DNA from: Dehalococcoidia bacterium
Lineage (GTDB): Bacteria; Chloroflexota; Dehalococcoidia; Bin125
NCBI GenBank assembly: GCA_963555985.3
Contig: OY820591.1
Coordinates: forward strand, 2,816,001-2,880,000
Direction of reading: 5' to 3'
Length of the DNA: 64,000 nucleotides
Shown here: one piece after another, positions 1 through 16,643 of the stretch
Numbering within the stretch: the stretch's first letter is position 1
How the letters are laid out: each line of letters starts with the position of its first letter
The notes under the pieces: generated by a model
The model's input: only the letters and a program-made list of their open reading frames with translations
Told to the model about the DNA's origin: nothing
Database searches by the model: none
Position numbers and translations under genes: made by a program

Positions 1-1
1 G

Positions 2-3000
2 AGCGGATTTGAGGCAGCGCAGGCCGGCTCGACGGCGGCGCGCGAGGTAATTCGCTACTCGCGGCTGGACGAGAAGCATCCGCTGCCGAATCTGATCCAG
101 TTGCAGCGCGATTCCTACAACTGGTTCCTCGAAGAGGGCCTGGACGAGCTGCTCACGGAGATGTCGCCGATTACCGATTTCACCGGTAACCGGATGGAGT
201 TGTACTTCAAGGACTACCGCTACCTGCCGCCGACGATGAGTCCGCTCGAATGCCGCCGCCGCGACGCCACTTACGAAGGCGAGTTGCGGGTGACGGTGGG
301 TCTGCTCTCGAAGAAGACGAACGAAACCAAGGAGCAGGAGCTTTACTTCGGACACCTGCCGCATATGACCGAGACCGGCACGTTCATCATCAACGGCGCC
401 GAGCGGGTGGTGGTATCGCAGCTGGTGCGGTCGCCGGGGGTGTATTTCGGGGCGAGCCAGGACTCGGCGACGGGGCGGGCGCTCTGCGCGGCCAAGCTGA
501 TTCCCAGCCGGGGGGCCTGGTTGGAGTTCGAGAGTTCCAGCCGCGACGTGCTCACGGTCAAAGTCGACCGTAAGCGCAAGATCGCGGTGACGACGCTGCT
601 GCGGGCGCTGGACGACTCGGACGATCCCGAGTTCTACGAAGACGGCGATGTCGAGAACGGGCGCAAGCTCGAGCACCTGTTGGGTACCGACGAACGCATT
701 CGGCAGATGCTGGTCGGCGCTGACCCGGAGGACGCGCCGCACCAGTTCATCGAGCGCACCTTCAACGCTGAATCCGCGACTACTCCGCCGGAAGAGCGCA
801 ACAAGCAGTGGGCGATGCTCGAAGTCTACAAGCGTCTGCGCCCGGGCGACCCGCCGACGCTGGAGACTGCGCGCTCGATGCTCGAGGGTCAGTTCTTCCG
901 TCCGCGCCGCTACGATCTCGGCGCGGTGGGACGCTACAAGGTGAACAAGCGCCTGGGCGTGATCGCGGAAGAGCTGGGCGAGCGCTGCCTGGGTCTGGGC
1001 GTGGACGCGGAACGAACCGATGCCGATGAAGCCCGCGAACGCGCGCTCTGGATGCGCGATCTGCTGGCGATCATTCACACGCAGGTGCGGATCAACAACG
1101 GGATCGAAGAGCCGGACGACATTGACCATCTCGGCAACCGCCGGATTCGCGCGGTGGGCGAGCAGCTGCAGAACCAGTTCCGCGTGGGCATGGTGCGGAT
1201 GGAGCGCGTCGTTCGTGAGCGGATGACGATCATCGATCCGGATCAGGCGGCGTCTAGCGCGCTCGTGAACATTCGCCCGGTACAGGCGGCAGTGAAGGAG
1301 TTCTTCGGCGGTCACCAGCTCAGCCAGTTCATGGATCAGACGAACCCGCTGGCGGAACTGACGCACAAGCGGCGGCTCTCGGCGCTGGGTCCGGGCGGAC
1401 TCAGTCGGGACCGGGCCGGCTTCGATGTGCGCGACGTGCATTACTCGCATTACGGCCGGATCTGTCCGATCGAGACGCCGGAAGGCCCGAACATCGGCCT
1501 GATCGGTTCGTTGGCGACGTATGGCGTGCTGAACGAGTTCGGCTTCATCAAGACGCCCTATCGCAAGGTGATCGACGAACTGGCTCCGGATCACCCGGAC
1601 ATTCTTGGCCGGATCCTGGATGAGGATGTCGAGGATGCCGAAGGGGACGTGATCGCTAGCGAAAGCGACGAGATCACGCCGGAGCTGGCGCGCCGGATCG
1701 CCGAGGTCAACGACGCGCCGGTGGCGATTCTGCCCTTCGTCTCGGACGAGGTAGTGGAACTGACGGCGGACGATGAGCGCGATGCGGTGATCGCGCAGGC
1801 GAATGCGCGGGTGGATGCGCGCGGTTATCTGATGGACGAGCGCGTGGAGGGGCGCAAGGGCAAGCGCTTTGAGGAGTTCGCGCGTGAAGAGATCGAGTAC
1901 ATGGACGTGTCGCCGCGCCAGATCGTGTCAGTGGCGGCGTCGCTGATTCCGTTCCTCGAGCACGACGACGCGAATCGCGCCCTGATGGGCGCGAATATGC
2001 AGCGTCAGGCGGTGCCGTTGGTGCGTCCGGAAGCGCCGCTGGTGGGGACAGGGATGGAGCGCCCGGCCGCGTATGACTCCGGCCAGGTGCTCTCGGCCGA
2101 GGGCGACGGCGAAGTGAGCAGCGTGACGGCGGAACAGATCACGCTGCGCTACGACAAGCCGGTGGACGGCCGTCGCGAGCACTCGTACCCGCTGCTCAAG
2201 TTCATGCGCTCCAACCAGGGCACTTGTATCAACCAGCGCGCGATCGTGTTCAAGGGCGAGCGCGTGGTGGCGGGTCAGGCGATCGCTGACTCGTCCTCAA
2301 CCGACCAGGGCGAGTTGGCGCTCGGTCAGAATGTGCTGGCCGCGTTCATGGCCTGGGAGGGCTACAACTTCGAGGACGCGGTGATCGTCTCCGAGCGGCT
2401 GGTGCAGGATCACAAGTTCACCTCGATTCACATGTCCAAGCACGAAGCGGGTGCGCGCGAGACCAAGCTCGGGCCCGAGGAGATCACGCGCGATATTCCC
2501 AACGTGGGCGAAGACTCGCGCGCGCATCTGGACGATGAAGGGATCGTGCGGATCGGCGCGGAGGTCAAGCCGGGCGACATCCTGGTCGGCAAGATCACAC
2601 CGAAGGGCGAGACCGAGCTGACCGCCGAGGAGAAGCTGCTGCGGGCGATCTTCGGTGAGAAAGCGCGCGAAGTGAAAGACACTTCGAAGCGGGTGCCGCA
2701 CGGCGTGCGCGGGGTGGTCGTCGATGTGCGCGTGTTCAACCGCAGCGAGGACGATGATCTGCCGGCGGGGATGGAGAAGCTGGTTCGGGTCACGATCGCC
2801 GAGCGGCGCAAGCTGCAAGTGGGCGACAAGATGGCCGGACGGCACGGCAACAAGGGTGTGATCTCCACGATTTTGCCGGTGGAGGATATGCCGCATCTGG
2901 AGGACGGCACTCCGATTGACGTGATTCTCTCGCCGATCGGCGTGCCCAGCCGGATGAACTTGGGCCAGATTCTGGAGACGCAGCTGGGCTGGGCTGCGAA

Positions 3001-3962
3001 TGAGCTCGGCTTCCGCGCGATCACGCCGGTCTTCGATGGCGCTTCGGAAGAGGAGTTGCAGGACGCGCTGGCGCGAGCCTGGCTGGTGCGCAGCGCGCGC
3101 GGTCAACCGGCGCTGTCGCCGGGCGGCGGCGAGCTGATGAGCAACGGCGCTCGCGGCGAGACCAACGGAGCGCACGCCGGCAACGGCGCGAGCGACGCTC
3201 CGCTCGATCTGTCGGTGCTTGGCGGCGACGGCGCAGTCGATGCCCGCACCGAGGCCTGGCTCTCGGCGCGGGGGTACGGCGATGAGGCGATCACGGAGGC
3301 GTTCAGCAGGGAACACATTGGCGCGGCCAGCCGGATGGCGCTGGCGGAATGGCTGATCGAGCTCGGCGAGCCGCGTTCGGCCCGCCACTTCGCGCCGCAG
3401 ACGTTGATCGATAAGGCGATGCAGGCCGTGCGCGAGAGCAAGGGTTCGCCCCCGATTTACGGCAAGCAGCGCCTGATCAACGGACGCACGGGCGAGTGGA
3501 TCGACCAACCGGTCACGGTTGGCTACATTTACCTGCTCAAGCTGAGCCACATGGTCGAGGACAAGATCCACGCCCGCGCGACCGGACCCTACTCGCTGAT
3601 CACGCAGCAGCCGTTGGGCGGTAAGGCGCAGTTCGGCGGGCAGCGCTTCGGCGAGATGGAAGTTTGGGCGCTGGAGGCGTACGGCGCGGCGAACACGCTG
3701 CAAGAGCTGCTGACCGTCAAGAGCGACGACATCGTGGGTCGGGTGAAGACCTACGAGGCGATCGTGAAGGGCGAGTCGGTGCTCGATCCGGGGGTGCCGG
3801 AGTCGTTCAAGGTCTTGCAGAAAGAGCTGCAAAGCCTCGGTCTCTCGATTGAGATTCTGAACAGTGAGAAGGATGTGCGGCTGGAGTTTGAAGCGGCCAG
3901 CCGCGACGACCTGCCGCAACTCGGCATCAACCTCTCGGGCTTCGAGGGAGAGGACGTGATTC

Positions 3963-3970
<8 letters not shown>
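2..3970 (+). CDS. rpoB: DNA-directed RNA polymerase subunit beta (5' end lies before the window)
   Basis: Frame is open from position 2 (...[25 protein letters not shown]). Motifs [53 protein letters not shown] and [18 protein letters not shown]. Confidence 0.99.
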
Positions 3971-8393
<4,423 letters not shown>

Positions 8394-8428
8394 AGTCGGC
8401 GCTGCGCGCCAAGCGGAAGCTGACACGA

Positions 8429-8466
8429 AGCAGCCCCCGCGCCAGTCGGCGCGGGGGCTGCTGTTT
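8429..8466. terminator. Probable bidirectional intrinsic terminator between convergent rpoC and groEL
   Basis: Perfect 15-bp stem AGCAGCCCCCGCGCC-agtc-GGCGCGGGGGCTGCT followed by a short T run (GTTT). Confidence 0.75.
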
Positions 8467-8489
8467 GGCTGCCGATTTGGGCTGTCGGG

Positions 8490-10160
<1,671 letters not shown>

Positions 10161-10460
10161 TTAGACAATCAGCTTGGCGAGGACCTCGCGCTCCTCGAGC
10201 ACGATCAGGTCTTCGTTGTCGATCTGGATTTCCTGGCCGGTGTACTTCTTGTAGAGGATGCGGTCGCCGAGCGTGATGCTCATCTCAATCCGGCCGCTGC
10301 CGTCTTCGCTGAGCTTGCCGGGGCCGACGGCGATGACTTCGCCCTGCTGCGGCTTTTCCTTGGCGGAATCGGGGATCACGATGCCGCTGGAGAGCACCTG
10401 CTCCTGCTGAAGGGGCTTGATCACGATGCGGTCGTTCAGTGGCTCAAGGCGGGTGGCCAT
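10161..10460 (-). CDS. groES: Co-chaperonin GroES (start set at MATRLEPL)
   Basis: LEPLNDRIVI, SGIVIPDSAKEKPQQGEVIAVGPG; directly upstream of groEL. Confidence 0.98.
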   Translation of the reverse strand: MATRLEPLNDRIVIKPLQQEQVLSSGIVIPDSAKEKPQQGEVIAVGPGKLSEDGSGRIEMSITLGDRILYKKYTGQEIQIDNEDLIVLEEREVLAKLIV

Positions 10461-10501
10461 GGGTGGGTCGTCCTTCTGCTCTGCACGTCTGGGTTCGAGT
10501 T

Positions 10502-10528
10502 CTGGCACTCACACAGTGCGAGTGCTAA
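10502..10528 (-). promoter_or_regulatory. CIRCE operator (HrcA binding site)
   Basis: TTAGCACTC-N9-GAGTGCCAG on the minus strand, close to the consensus TTAGCACTC-N9-GAGTGCTAA, located between the promoter and groES. Confidence 0.93.
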
Positions 10529-10535
10529 CGAGCGC

Positions 10536-10564
10536 ATCGTACGCAACCGATTGGGCTGCTGCAA
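10536..10564 (-). promoter_or_regulatory. Sigma70-type promoter of groESL
   Basis: TTGCAG-N17-TACGAT immediately upstream of the CIRCE. Confidence 0.7.
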
Positions 10565-10733
10565 GCGAGGCCGCCGCTTCCAGTATCAACCCTGCGTAAC
10601 CTGCTGCACTCTCTACCGAGGCAGCAGCTAACGTGAATTCAACGGGCCGCGCACGGCTTGACGCGCCTGTTTCCGTTTTGGGCGCGGGCGCGTGCTCGCC
10701 CGTCTCGAATGCGCGCAGCACAGGAGGGCAGCG

Positions 10734-11681
10734 ATGAGCCGTTTCATCGGCCGGCCGGTCGTCTTCAGCGGCAACGCCCACTCGCAGCTGGCGCGCGATG
10801 TCTGCGCTTATCTCGAGGTCCCCCTGGGACGCGCGAACGTGTTCGACTTCGCCAATGGCAACACCTTCGTGCAGCTCCTGGAAAACATTCGCGAGCGCGA
10901 TGTCTTTCTGATCCAGCCGGGGGCGCGTCCGGTCAACCATCATCTGGTGGAACTGCTGATCATGATCGACGCCGCCCGCCGCGCCTCCGCCGGCCGAATT
11001 ACGGCCGTCGTGCCCTTTTTCGCCTACGGGCGCTCCGACAAGAAAGATCAGCCCCGAGTTCCGATCACCGCCCGACTGTTTGCCGATCTGATCCAAACCG
11101 CCGGCGCCGACCGAATGCTGACGATGGACCTGCACGCCGGCCAGATCCAAGGCTTCTTCCACATCCCCACCGACGAGCTCACTGGTCAGCGCCTCTTGGT
11201 TGATCACTTTGAGCAGGAAGGTTTCGACGGAGTGGTGGTGTCGCCGGACCTGGGTTCGGCGAAGCGGGCGCGTGCAGCGGCGGATCGCTTGGGAGTGCCT
11301 CTGGCGATCAGTGAGAAACGCCGCAGCGGTAATGAGGATCGGGCCGAAGCGATGCAGCTGATCGGCGAAGTCGCAGGCCGAGACGTGCTGATCATCGACG
11401 ATGAGATCGATACGGCGGGGACGTTGGTGCAAGTGGCGGAACTGCTGCGCAACGAGGGCGCACAGGAAATCTACGGCGCGGCGACGCACGGCGTGCTCTC
11501 GAATCCGGCGTTGGAACGTCTGACCGCGAGTCCGATTAGCAAGGTCGTAGTGACGGACACGCTGCCCCCGCCGAATAACGGGGCCATGTGCGGGCTGGAA
11601 ATCGTCTCAATTGCGCCATTGCTGGGCGAGGCGATCCGCCGCATTCACGAGGGCGATTCGGTCGGAGCGCTGTTTCGGTAG
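10734..11681 (+). CDS. prs: Ribose-phosphate pyrophosphokinase
   Basis: VFSGNAH, PFFAYGRSDKK, MDLHAGQIQGFF, VVSPDLG and IIDDEIDTAGT. ATG at 10734 follows GGAGGG. Confidence 0.97.
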   Translation: MSRFIGRPVVFSGNAHSQLARDVCAYLEVPLGRANVFDFANGNTFVQLLENIRERDVFLIQPGARPVNHHLVELLIMIDAARRASAGRITAVVPFFAYGRSDKKDQPRVPITARLFADLIQTAGADRMLTMDLHAGQIQGFFHIPTDELTGQRLLVDHFEQEGFDGVVVSPDLGSAKRARAAADRLGVPLAISEKRRSGNEDRAEAMQLIGEVAGRDVLIIDDEIDTAGTLVQVAELLRNEGAQEIYGAATHGVLSNPALERLTASPISKVVVTDTLPPPNNGAMCGLEIVSIAPLLGEAIRRIHEGDSVGALFR

Positions 11682-11810
11682 AGAGCCCGGATTGCGTGGG
11701 GCGCGACGTGTGCGGCTTGTTGATCTTCGCAACGACGCTGCTAGCAATTCCGCTTGAGCCTTGCTGAGCCATCGACACGACGTCCCTGCGACGTGAGAGT
11801 CGAACTGCCC

Positions 11811-13793
11811 ATGGGAATGATCCGGAGACTGGCGGCGATTGTGCTTGGGATGATGTTGATCATCGCCTGCGACGGTGAAGAACAGGCTGAACAGGACGCG
11901 AATCAGGCGGCGACTCCTCCAGTCGAAATCCGCTCCGCTCCCCGAACCCCGGACGATCCGCCCGTGCGCTGGTCCGCCGTTGAGGTCGGACGCTTCCCCG
12001 GCGATGTCGGCGGCGGCCCACTGGTCAAGCAGCAGCCCGTACTGACACTGCCGTCCTGGTGGCCAAGCTCGGGCGTCGATTCGTCGGATGGACAGATCCG
12101 GCCCAACGACCAGTCGCCGCGCTATCGCATGGTCGGACGCTCCGAGGACGGAACCTGGATCGCCGTGCGAGCAGTAACGGGGGATGAAGGTCTGATCTGG
12201 TTGAAATCAGAGGGAGTGACGACGGTGGAAGTGGTCGCAGGATTGCCCGTGCTGGCGAACGCGCCCCAGGCCGGACCCGAGCCGGTGATGGCCAGCCACG
12301 ACTGGTTCAGCATCGGCATTCGAGCCTGGCCCGGTCACGAGAACGGATTCCGAATTGTGCGGCGCTGGGGCGAGGCGCCTACGAAGTATCCAGTGGTCGG
12401 ACGCTCGCTCAACGGGGGTTACATCGCGGTCCGTCTGGGCCAAGTGAATCCGCCGGTGGTTTGGGTCGAGCGGGGCAGTGTCGGAATCGGCTCCGACGCG
12501 CCGGAGGCTCCCGTGTTGGTCGCGAGTGGAACGGAAGCGATTGGTCCGGACGGTGAGTTTGCTGCGATCCAGCGAATGTCGCGCTGGCAGTGGCGCGCGG
12601 ACAGTACGATCGTAGGCGCGAACAACAACGGCGTCTGGCACTGGGATCCGGACAGCGGCGTCCTGCGCCGGATTACGGAGGCTTCGTTCAAGCCGGTCTT
12701 CTCCTCCGACGGTTCGTATGTCGCGATTGGCCAGCCGCAATACGCGGAGGATGGGATGATCGCGTGGGAGCGGCCCCGCGTCGTGCAGGTGTGGCCGGTC
12801 GACGAGGAGGGCGAGCCGCTGACGTTCGAAGGCGTGAATCGCTTCTACTTCACCCACCATCCGACCGATCCGTCGCTGCGCTGGTCACCCGATTCGCGCT
12901 ACCTGCTGTCGTATTTGGATGTCCGCGGCGACGAACCGTCAGGCCGCTGGTTCGTACTGGACATTCAAGGTGGGCAGTCGGAACTGCCGCCGATCGGGCG
13001 GGCTTGGCCGGTCTGGTTGGCCGATTCGACGCTTGCGTTCTTGGCCTCGGACGACATGCTTCTGCGAATCTCGCCAACCGGTGAACTGTTGCAAGAACTC
13101 GAGCTCGACCTTGGGGCGGTCCAATACATCCGTTGGTCGCCAACCGAGACGACCGCGCTCGCCGGCGGTGACGAGGGCTGGTTTCGGATCGATCTGGATG
13201 CAGCGCGGATCGCGGCCTTGCCCATGTCTCTCGATGAGGGTGATTGGCGGGCGCAGTGGTCGTCCGATGGGGGCTTCGCGCTGTTCGCTTCGGCCGCAGG
13301 GGCATTGGTTCTCTATTCGACCGAAGCGAACAGCGCGGAGCGAATTGGAGCGGTCAAACTGCCAGCCGGACGTTCTCCGTCGCTTCGCGCCCTCTGGGAC
13401 TCCGGCAGCGAGCGTTTCGCCGTCGTCGGCGCAGATGGTGCTCTGTACATCGTCGAGCGGGAGTCGAGCGAGGCGACTGTAGTTCGCTCGGGTTCGGATG
13501 GTCTGTTTGGGGGAATGGTCCCACTCGCGTGGTCGCCGGATGGGGAGCAGCTGCTGACGCGGGTCGTGCGGGCCGTCGATCGGGTTGATCAGGACGGCTA
13601 CGCCGCATTCCCGCAAACGTCGTTCGGTCCAGTGGTGTGGCTCTACGCCGAGTTTCTGGTCTTGGATCGATCCGGGGCTATGCAGGAGTCGTACCGCGCG
13701 TACACGAACGGCTGTGGCGAGTACGTGCGCGGGGAATGGTCGCCGAATGGTCGCTGGCTGGTGTTTGCGGGCGATGTCTGGGACTGCAATTGA
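11811..13793 (+). CDS. Lipoprotein with two SH3-like segments and a TolB/WD40-like beta-propeller
   Basis: Lipobox-like LIIAC. Repeated YRMVGRSEDGTWIAV / YPVVGRSLNGGYIAV, then several WSPD/FSSDG/WSSDG/WSPNG blade motifs. Start uncertain (11811 or 11817). Confidence 0.7.
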   Translation: MGMIRRLAAIVLGMMLIIACDGEEQAEQDANQAATPPVEIRSAPRTPDDPPVRWSAVEVGRFPGDVGGGPLVKQQPVLTLPSWWPSSGVDSSDGQIRPNDQSPRYRMVGRSEDGTWIAVRAVTGDEGLIWLKSEGVTTVEVVAGLPVLANAPQAGPEPVMASHDWFSIGIRAWPGHENGFRIVRRWGEAPTKYPVVGRSLNGGYIAVRLGQVNPPVVWVERGSVGIGSDAPEAPVLVASGTEAIGPDGEFAAIQRMSRWQWRADSTIVGANNNGVWHWDPDSGVLRRITEASFKPVFSSDGSYVAIGQPQYAEDGMIAWERPRVVQVWPVDEEGEPLTFEGVNRFYFTHHPTDPSLRWSPDSRYLLSYLDVRGDEPSGRWFVLDIQGGQSELPPIGRAWPVWLADSTLAFLASDDMLLRISPTGELLQELELDLGAVQYIRWSPTETTALAGGDEGWFRIDLDAARIAALPMSLDEGDWRAQWSSDGGFALFASAAGALVLYSTEANSAERIGAVKLPAGRSPSLRALWDSGSERFAVVGADGALYIVERESSEATVVRSGSDGLFGGMVPLAWSPDGEQLLTRVVRAVDRVDQDGYAAFPQTSFGPVVWLYAEFLVLDRSGAMQESYRAYTNGCGEYVRGEWSPNGRWLVFAGDVWDCN

Positions 13794-13889
13794 TGAGATC
13801 GTGGATTGACCGGAGATTCGCGCCGTCTCCGCCGTTATGATGGATCAGTATGCCCCTGAGCGGGCGCTGAGCTGATTGGACTGCAATCG

Positions 13890-16640
13890 ATGGGTTTGTT
13901 GGATCGGGCGAAGAAGCGGGCCGGGTCGCTCTTGGGCGACGCCAACGCACGTGAGGTAAAGAAGCTGTCCGGCGCAGTTGAGCGGATCAGCGAGTGGGAA
14001 GACCAGATTCGCCGCCTGCGCGACGACGAACTGAAGGCCAAGACTGCCGAATTCATTGCCCGACTCGAAGACGGGGCAGGATTGAACGACATCCTGCCCG
14101 AAGCGTTCGCAGTCGTCCGCGAGGTGGCCTGGCGGCAGGTGGAGATGCGCCACTACGACGTGCAGATGGTGGGCGGGATCGTGCTTCACCAGGGCAAGAT
14201 CGCCGAGATGCGGACGGGCGAGGGCAAGACCCTGGTGGCGACGCTGGCGCTCTACCTGAACGCGCTCGAAGGCGACGGCGCGCACCTGATCACGGTGAAC
14301 GACTACCTGGCCAAGCGCGACGCCCAATGGATGGGACCGATCTATCACGCGCTGGGACTGTCGGTAGGCGTCTTGCAGCACCGCGCGGCGTTCCTCTTCG
14401 ATCCTGAGGCCGATTCGACCATCGAAACCGACGAGGACGAAGCCGGCCTCGACCCCGACGAACTTCGCCGCCGCCGCGAACTCGGCGACCTCAACATGCT
14501 CCACCCCTGCACCCGCCAGGAGGCCTACCAGGCCGACATCACCTACGGCACCAACAACGAATTCGGCTTCGATTACCTGCGCGACAACATGGTCATGCTG
14601 GCCAGCGAGAAGGTGCAGCGCCCGCTCGCCTACGCGATCGTCGATGAGGTCGATAACATCCTGATCGACGAGGCCCGCACCCCCCTGATCATCAGCGGCC
14701 AGGCGGAGGAGTCGCTCGACACTTATCGAGTCTTCGCCAATCTCGTGCGCGGGTTGCAGTCCGAGACCCATTTCACGCCTGATCCGAAATCTCGGACAGT
14801 GGCGCTGACCGAGGAGGGGATCGGGAGAGTTGAGGACCAACTGGGGATCGACAACCTCTTCGAGGGCGAGAGTGCGCGGCTGACCCGCTTCCTCGATGCC
14901 GCCCTCAAGGCCCAGTTCATGTACCAGCGCGACCGCGACTACGTAGTCCGTCAGGGCAAGGTCGTGATCGTCGACGAGTTCACCGGCCGGATGATGGACG
15001 GCCGCCGCTACTCGGAAGGTCTGCACCAGGCGATTGAAGCGAAAGAGGGAGTCTCGGTCGAACGCGAAACAGTGACTCTGGCCACGATCACCTATCAGAA
15101 CTACTTCCGTATGTACGCGAAGCTGGCGGGGATGACCGGTACGGCGGCGACCGAAGCGGAAGAACTGCACAAGATTTACGGGCTCGATGTGGTCGTCGTA
15201 CCCACCCACCGCGACATGGTCCGCGACGATCAGGACGACCTCGTCTTCCGTACAGAGAAGGCCAAGTTCGAAGCGGCGATTGAGGAGATCGCCGATCTCA
15301 GCGCCGAGGGCCGGCCGGTGCTGGTAGGTACGGCGTCAGTGGAAACGTCGGAGCGGCTCTCGAATATGCTGCGCCGCCGGCGGGTATCGCATGAAGTGCT
15401 GAACGCCAAGCAGCACGAACGCGAAGCGCTGATCATCGCCCGCGCCGGAGAGCCGGGCGCGGTCACGATCGCGACGAATATGGCTGGACGCGGTACCGAC
15501 ATCAAGCTGGGCGAATTGGTCGCGGATCGGGGTGGTCTGGCGGTGATCGGTACCGAGCGGCACGAGTCGCGGCGGATCGACAACCAGTTACGCGGTCGCT
15601 CAGGACGGCAAGGCGATCCCGGTTCCAGCCGCTTCTACGTCTCGTTTGAGGACGGGATGATGAAGCGTTTCACACCCGATTGGCTGCCGGGGATGTTGGA
15701 GAAGGCGGGACTCGAGGATGGCACGCCGTTGGAGTCGGGGATGGTGGGCAAGGCGCTGGAGCAGGCGCAGCAGAAGGTGGAGACCTACCACTTCGACATT
15801 CGCAAGCACCTGGTCGACTACGACGACGTGATCAACCGTCAGCGCGAGGTGATCTACACGGAGCGCGACAAGGTGCTGACAGCGAAGGATGATCTGGCGG
15901 AGATCGTCGGCGACATGCTCCAGGCGACGATCGAGGAACTTGGCGAAGCGATGTCCGCCAGCCTCTGGGATCACACCGTCGCCGACGAGTTCTGGCAGGA
16001 AGCGGCCCAGTTGATGCCGCTGGAAGGTCTGGATCGGAACGCGCTTGACGGAGCCGAATTGGACGAATGCGTCGAGTCATTGCAGGAGCACGCCGCCGTC
16101 AAGGTCGAGGAACTGGCCGAGCGCGTGCGCGGCTCCGAGAGCTGGCGCGAATTGCTGCGCGCTCTAGTGCTACGCACCCTCGACCGGCTCTGGATCCGGC
16201 ACCTCACCGAGATCGACTCGCTCCGCCAGGGCGTGGGCTTGCAGGCGTATGGCCAGCAGGATCCGCTGGTGACTTACAAGCGCGAAGCGTTCGACATGTT
16301 CGATCAGCTGGTGTCGGCGCTGAAGCGGGAAGTTTCGGCGGCGGCGATGCACGCGGCGGCACAGGTCGATCAGACAGTTCCAGCCGCTGCGGGAGCGGAT
16401 GTGTCTCGAGCCGGCGTGTCTGCACAGGCGGCCCGTTCGGGAGGACGGCGCCGGCGAGCGGCGCTGGCGCCGGCGCGTCCACAGTCGGTGCAGGTGAGCA
16501 ACGTGCGCGAGTCGGGCGGCGGCACTGCTACAGCGACCGCGCCGCGTGCAGGCACGGGCGCGCAGAAGGTGGGCCGCAACGCGCCCTGTCCCTGCGGTTC
16601 GGGGCGCAAGTACAAGCGCTGTCACGGCAAGGCGGCCTGA
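13890..16640 (+). CDS. secA: Preprotein translocase ATPase SecA
   Basis: MRTGEGKTL, DEVDNILIDEARTPLIISG, TNMAGRGTDI, RGRSGRQGDPG and a C-terminal SEC-C motif CPCGSGRKYKRCH. Confidence 0.99.
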   Translation: MGLLDRAKKRAGSLLGDANAREVKKLSGAVERISEWEDQIRRLRDDELKAKTAEFIARLEDGAGLNDILPEAFAVVREVAWRQVEMRHYDVQMVGGIVLHQGKIAEMRTGEGKTLVATLALYLNALEGDGAHLITVNDYLAKRDAQWMGPIYHALGLSVGVLQHRAAFLFDPEADSTIETDEDEAGLDPDELRRRRELGDLNMLHPCTRQEAYQADITYGTNNEFGFDYLRDNMVMLASEKVQRPLAYAIVDEVDNILIDEARTPLIISGQAEESLDTYRVFANLVRGLQSETHFTPDPKSRTVALTEEGIGRVEDQLGIDNLFEGESARLTRFLDAALKAQFMYQRDRDYVVRQGKVVIVDEFTGRMMDGRRYSEGLHQAIEAKEGVSVERETVTLATITYQNYFRMYAKLAGMTGTAATEAEELHKIYGLDVVVVPTHRDMVRDDQDDLVFRTEKAKFEAAIEEIADLSAEGRPVLVGTASVETSERLSNMLRRRRVSHEVLNAKQHEREALIIARAGEPGAVTIATNMAGRGTDIKLGELVADRGGLAVIGTERHESRRIDNQLRGRSGRQGDPGSSRFYVSFEDGMMKRFTPDWLPGMLEKAGLEDGTPLESGMVGKALEQAQQKVETYHFDIRKHLVDYDDVINRQREVIYTERDKVLTAKDDLAEIVGDMLQATIEELGEAMSASLWDHTVADEFWQEAAQLMPLEGLDRNALDGAELDECVESLQEHAAVKVEELAERVRGSESWRELLRALVLRTLDRLWIRHLTEIDSLRQGVGLQAYGQQDPLVTYKREAFDMFDQLVSALKREVSAAAMHAAAQVDQTVPAAAGADVSRAGVSAQAARSGGRRRRAALAPARPQSVQVSNVRESGGGTATATAPRAGTGAQKVGRNAPCPCGSGRKYKRCHGKAA

Positions 16641-16643
16641 GCG

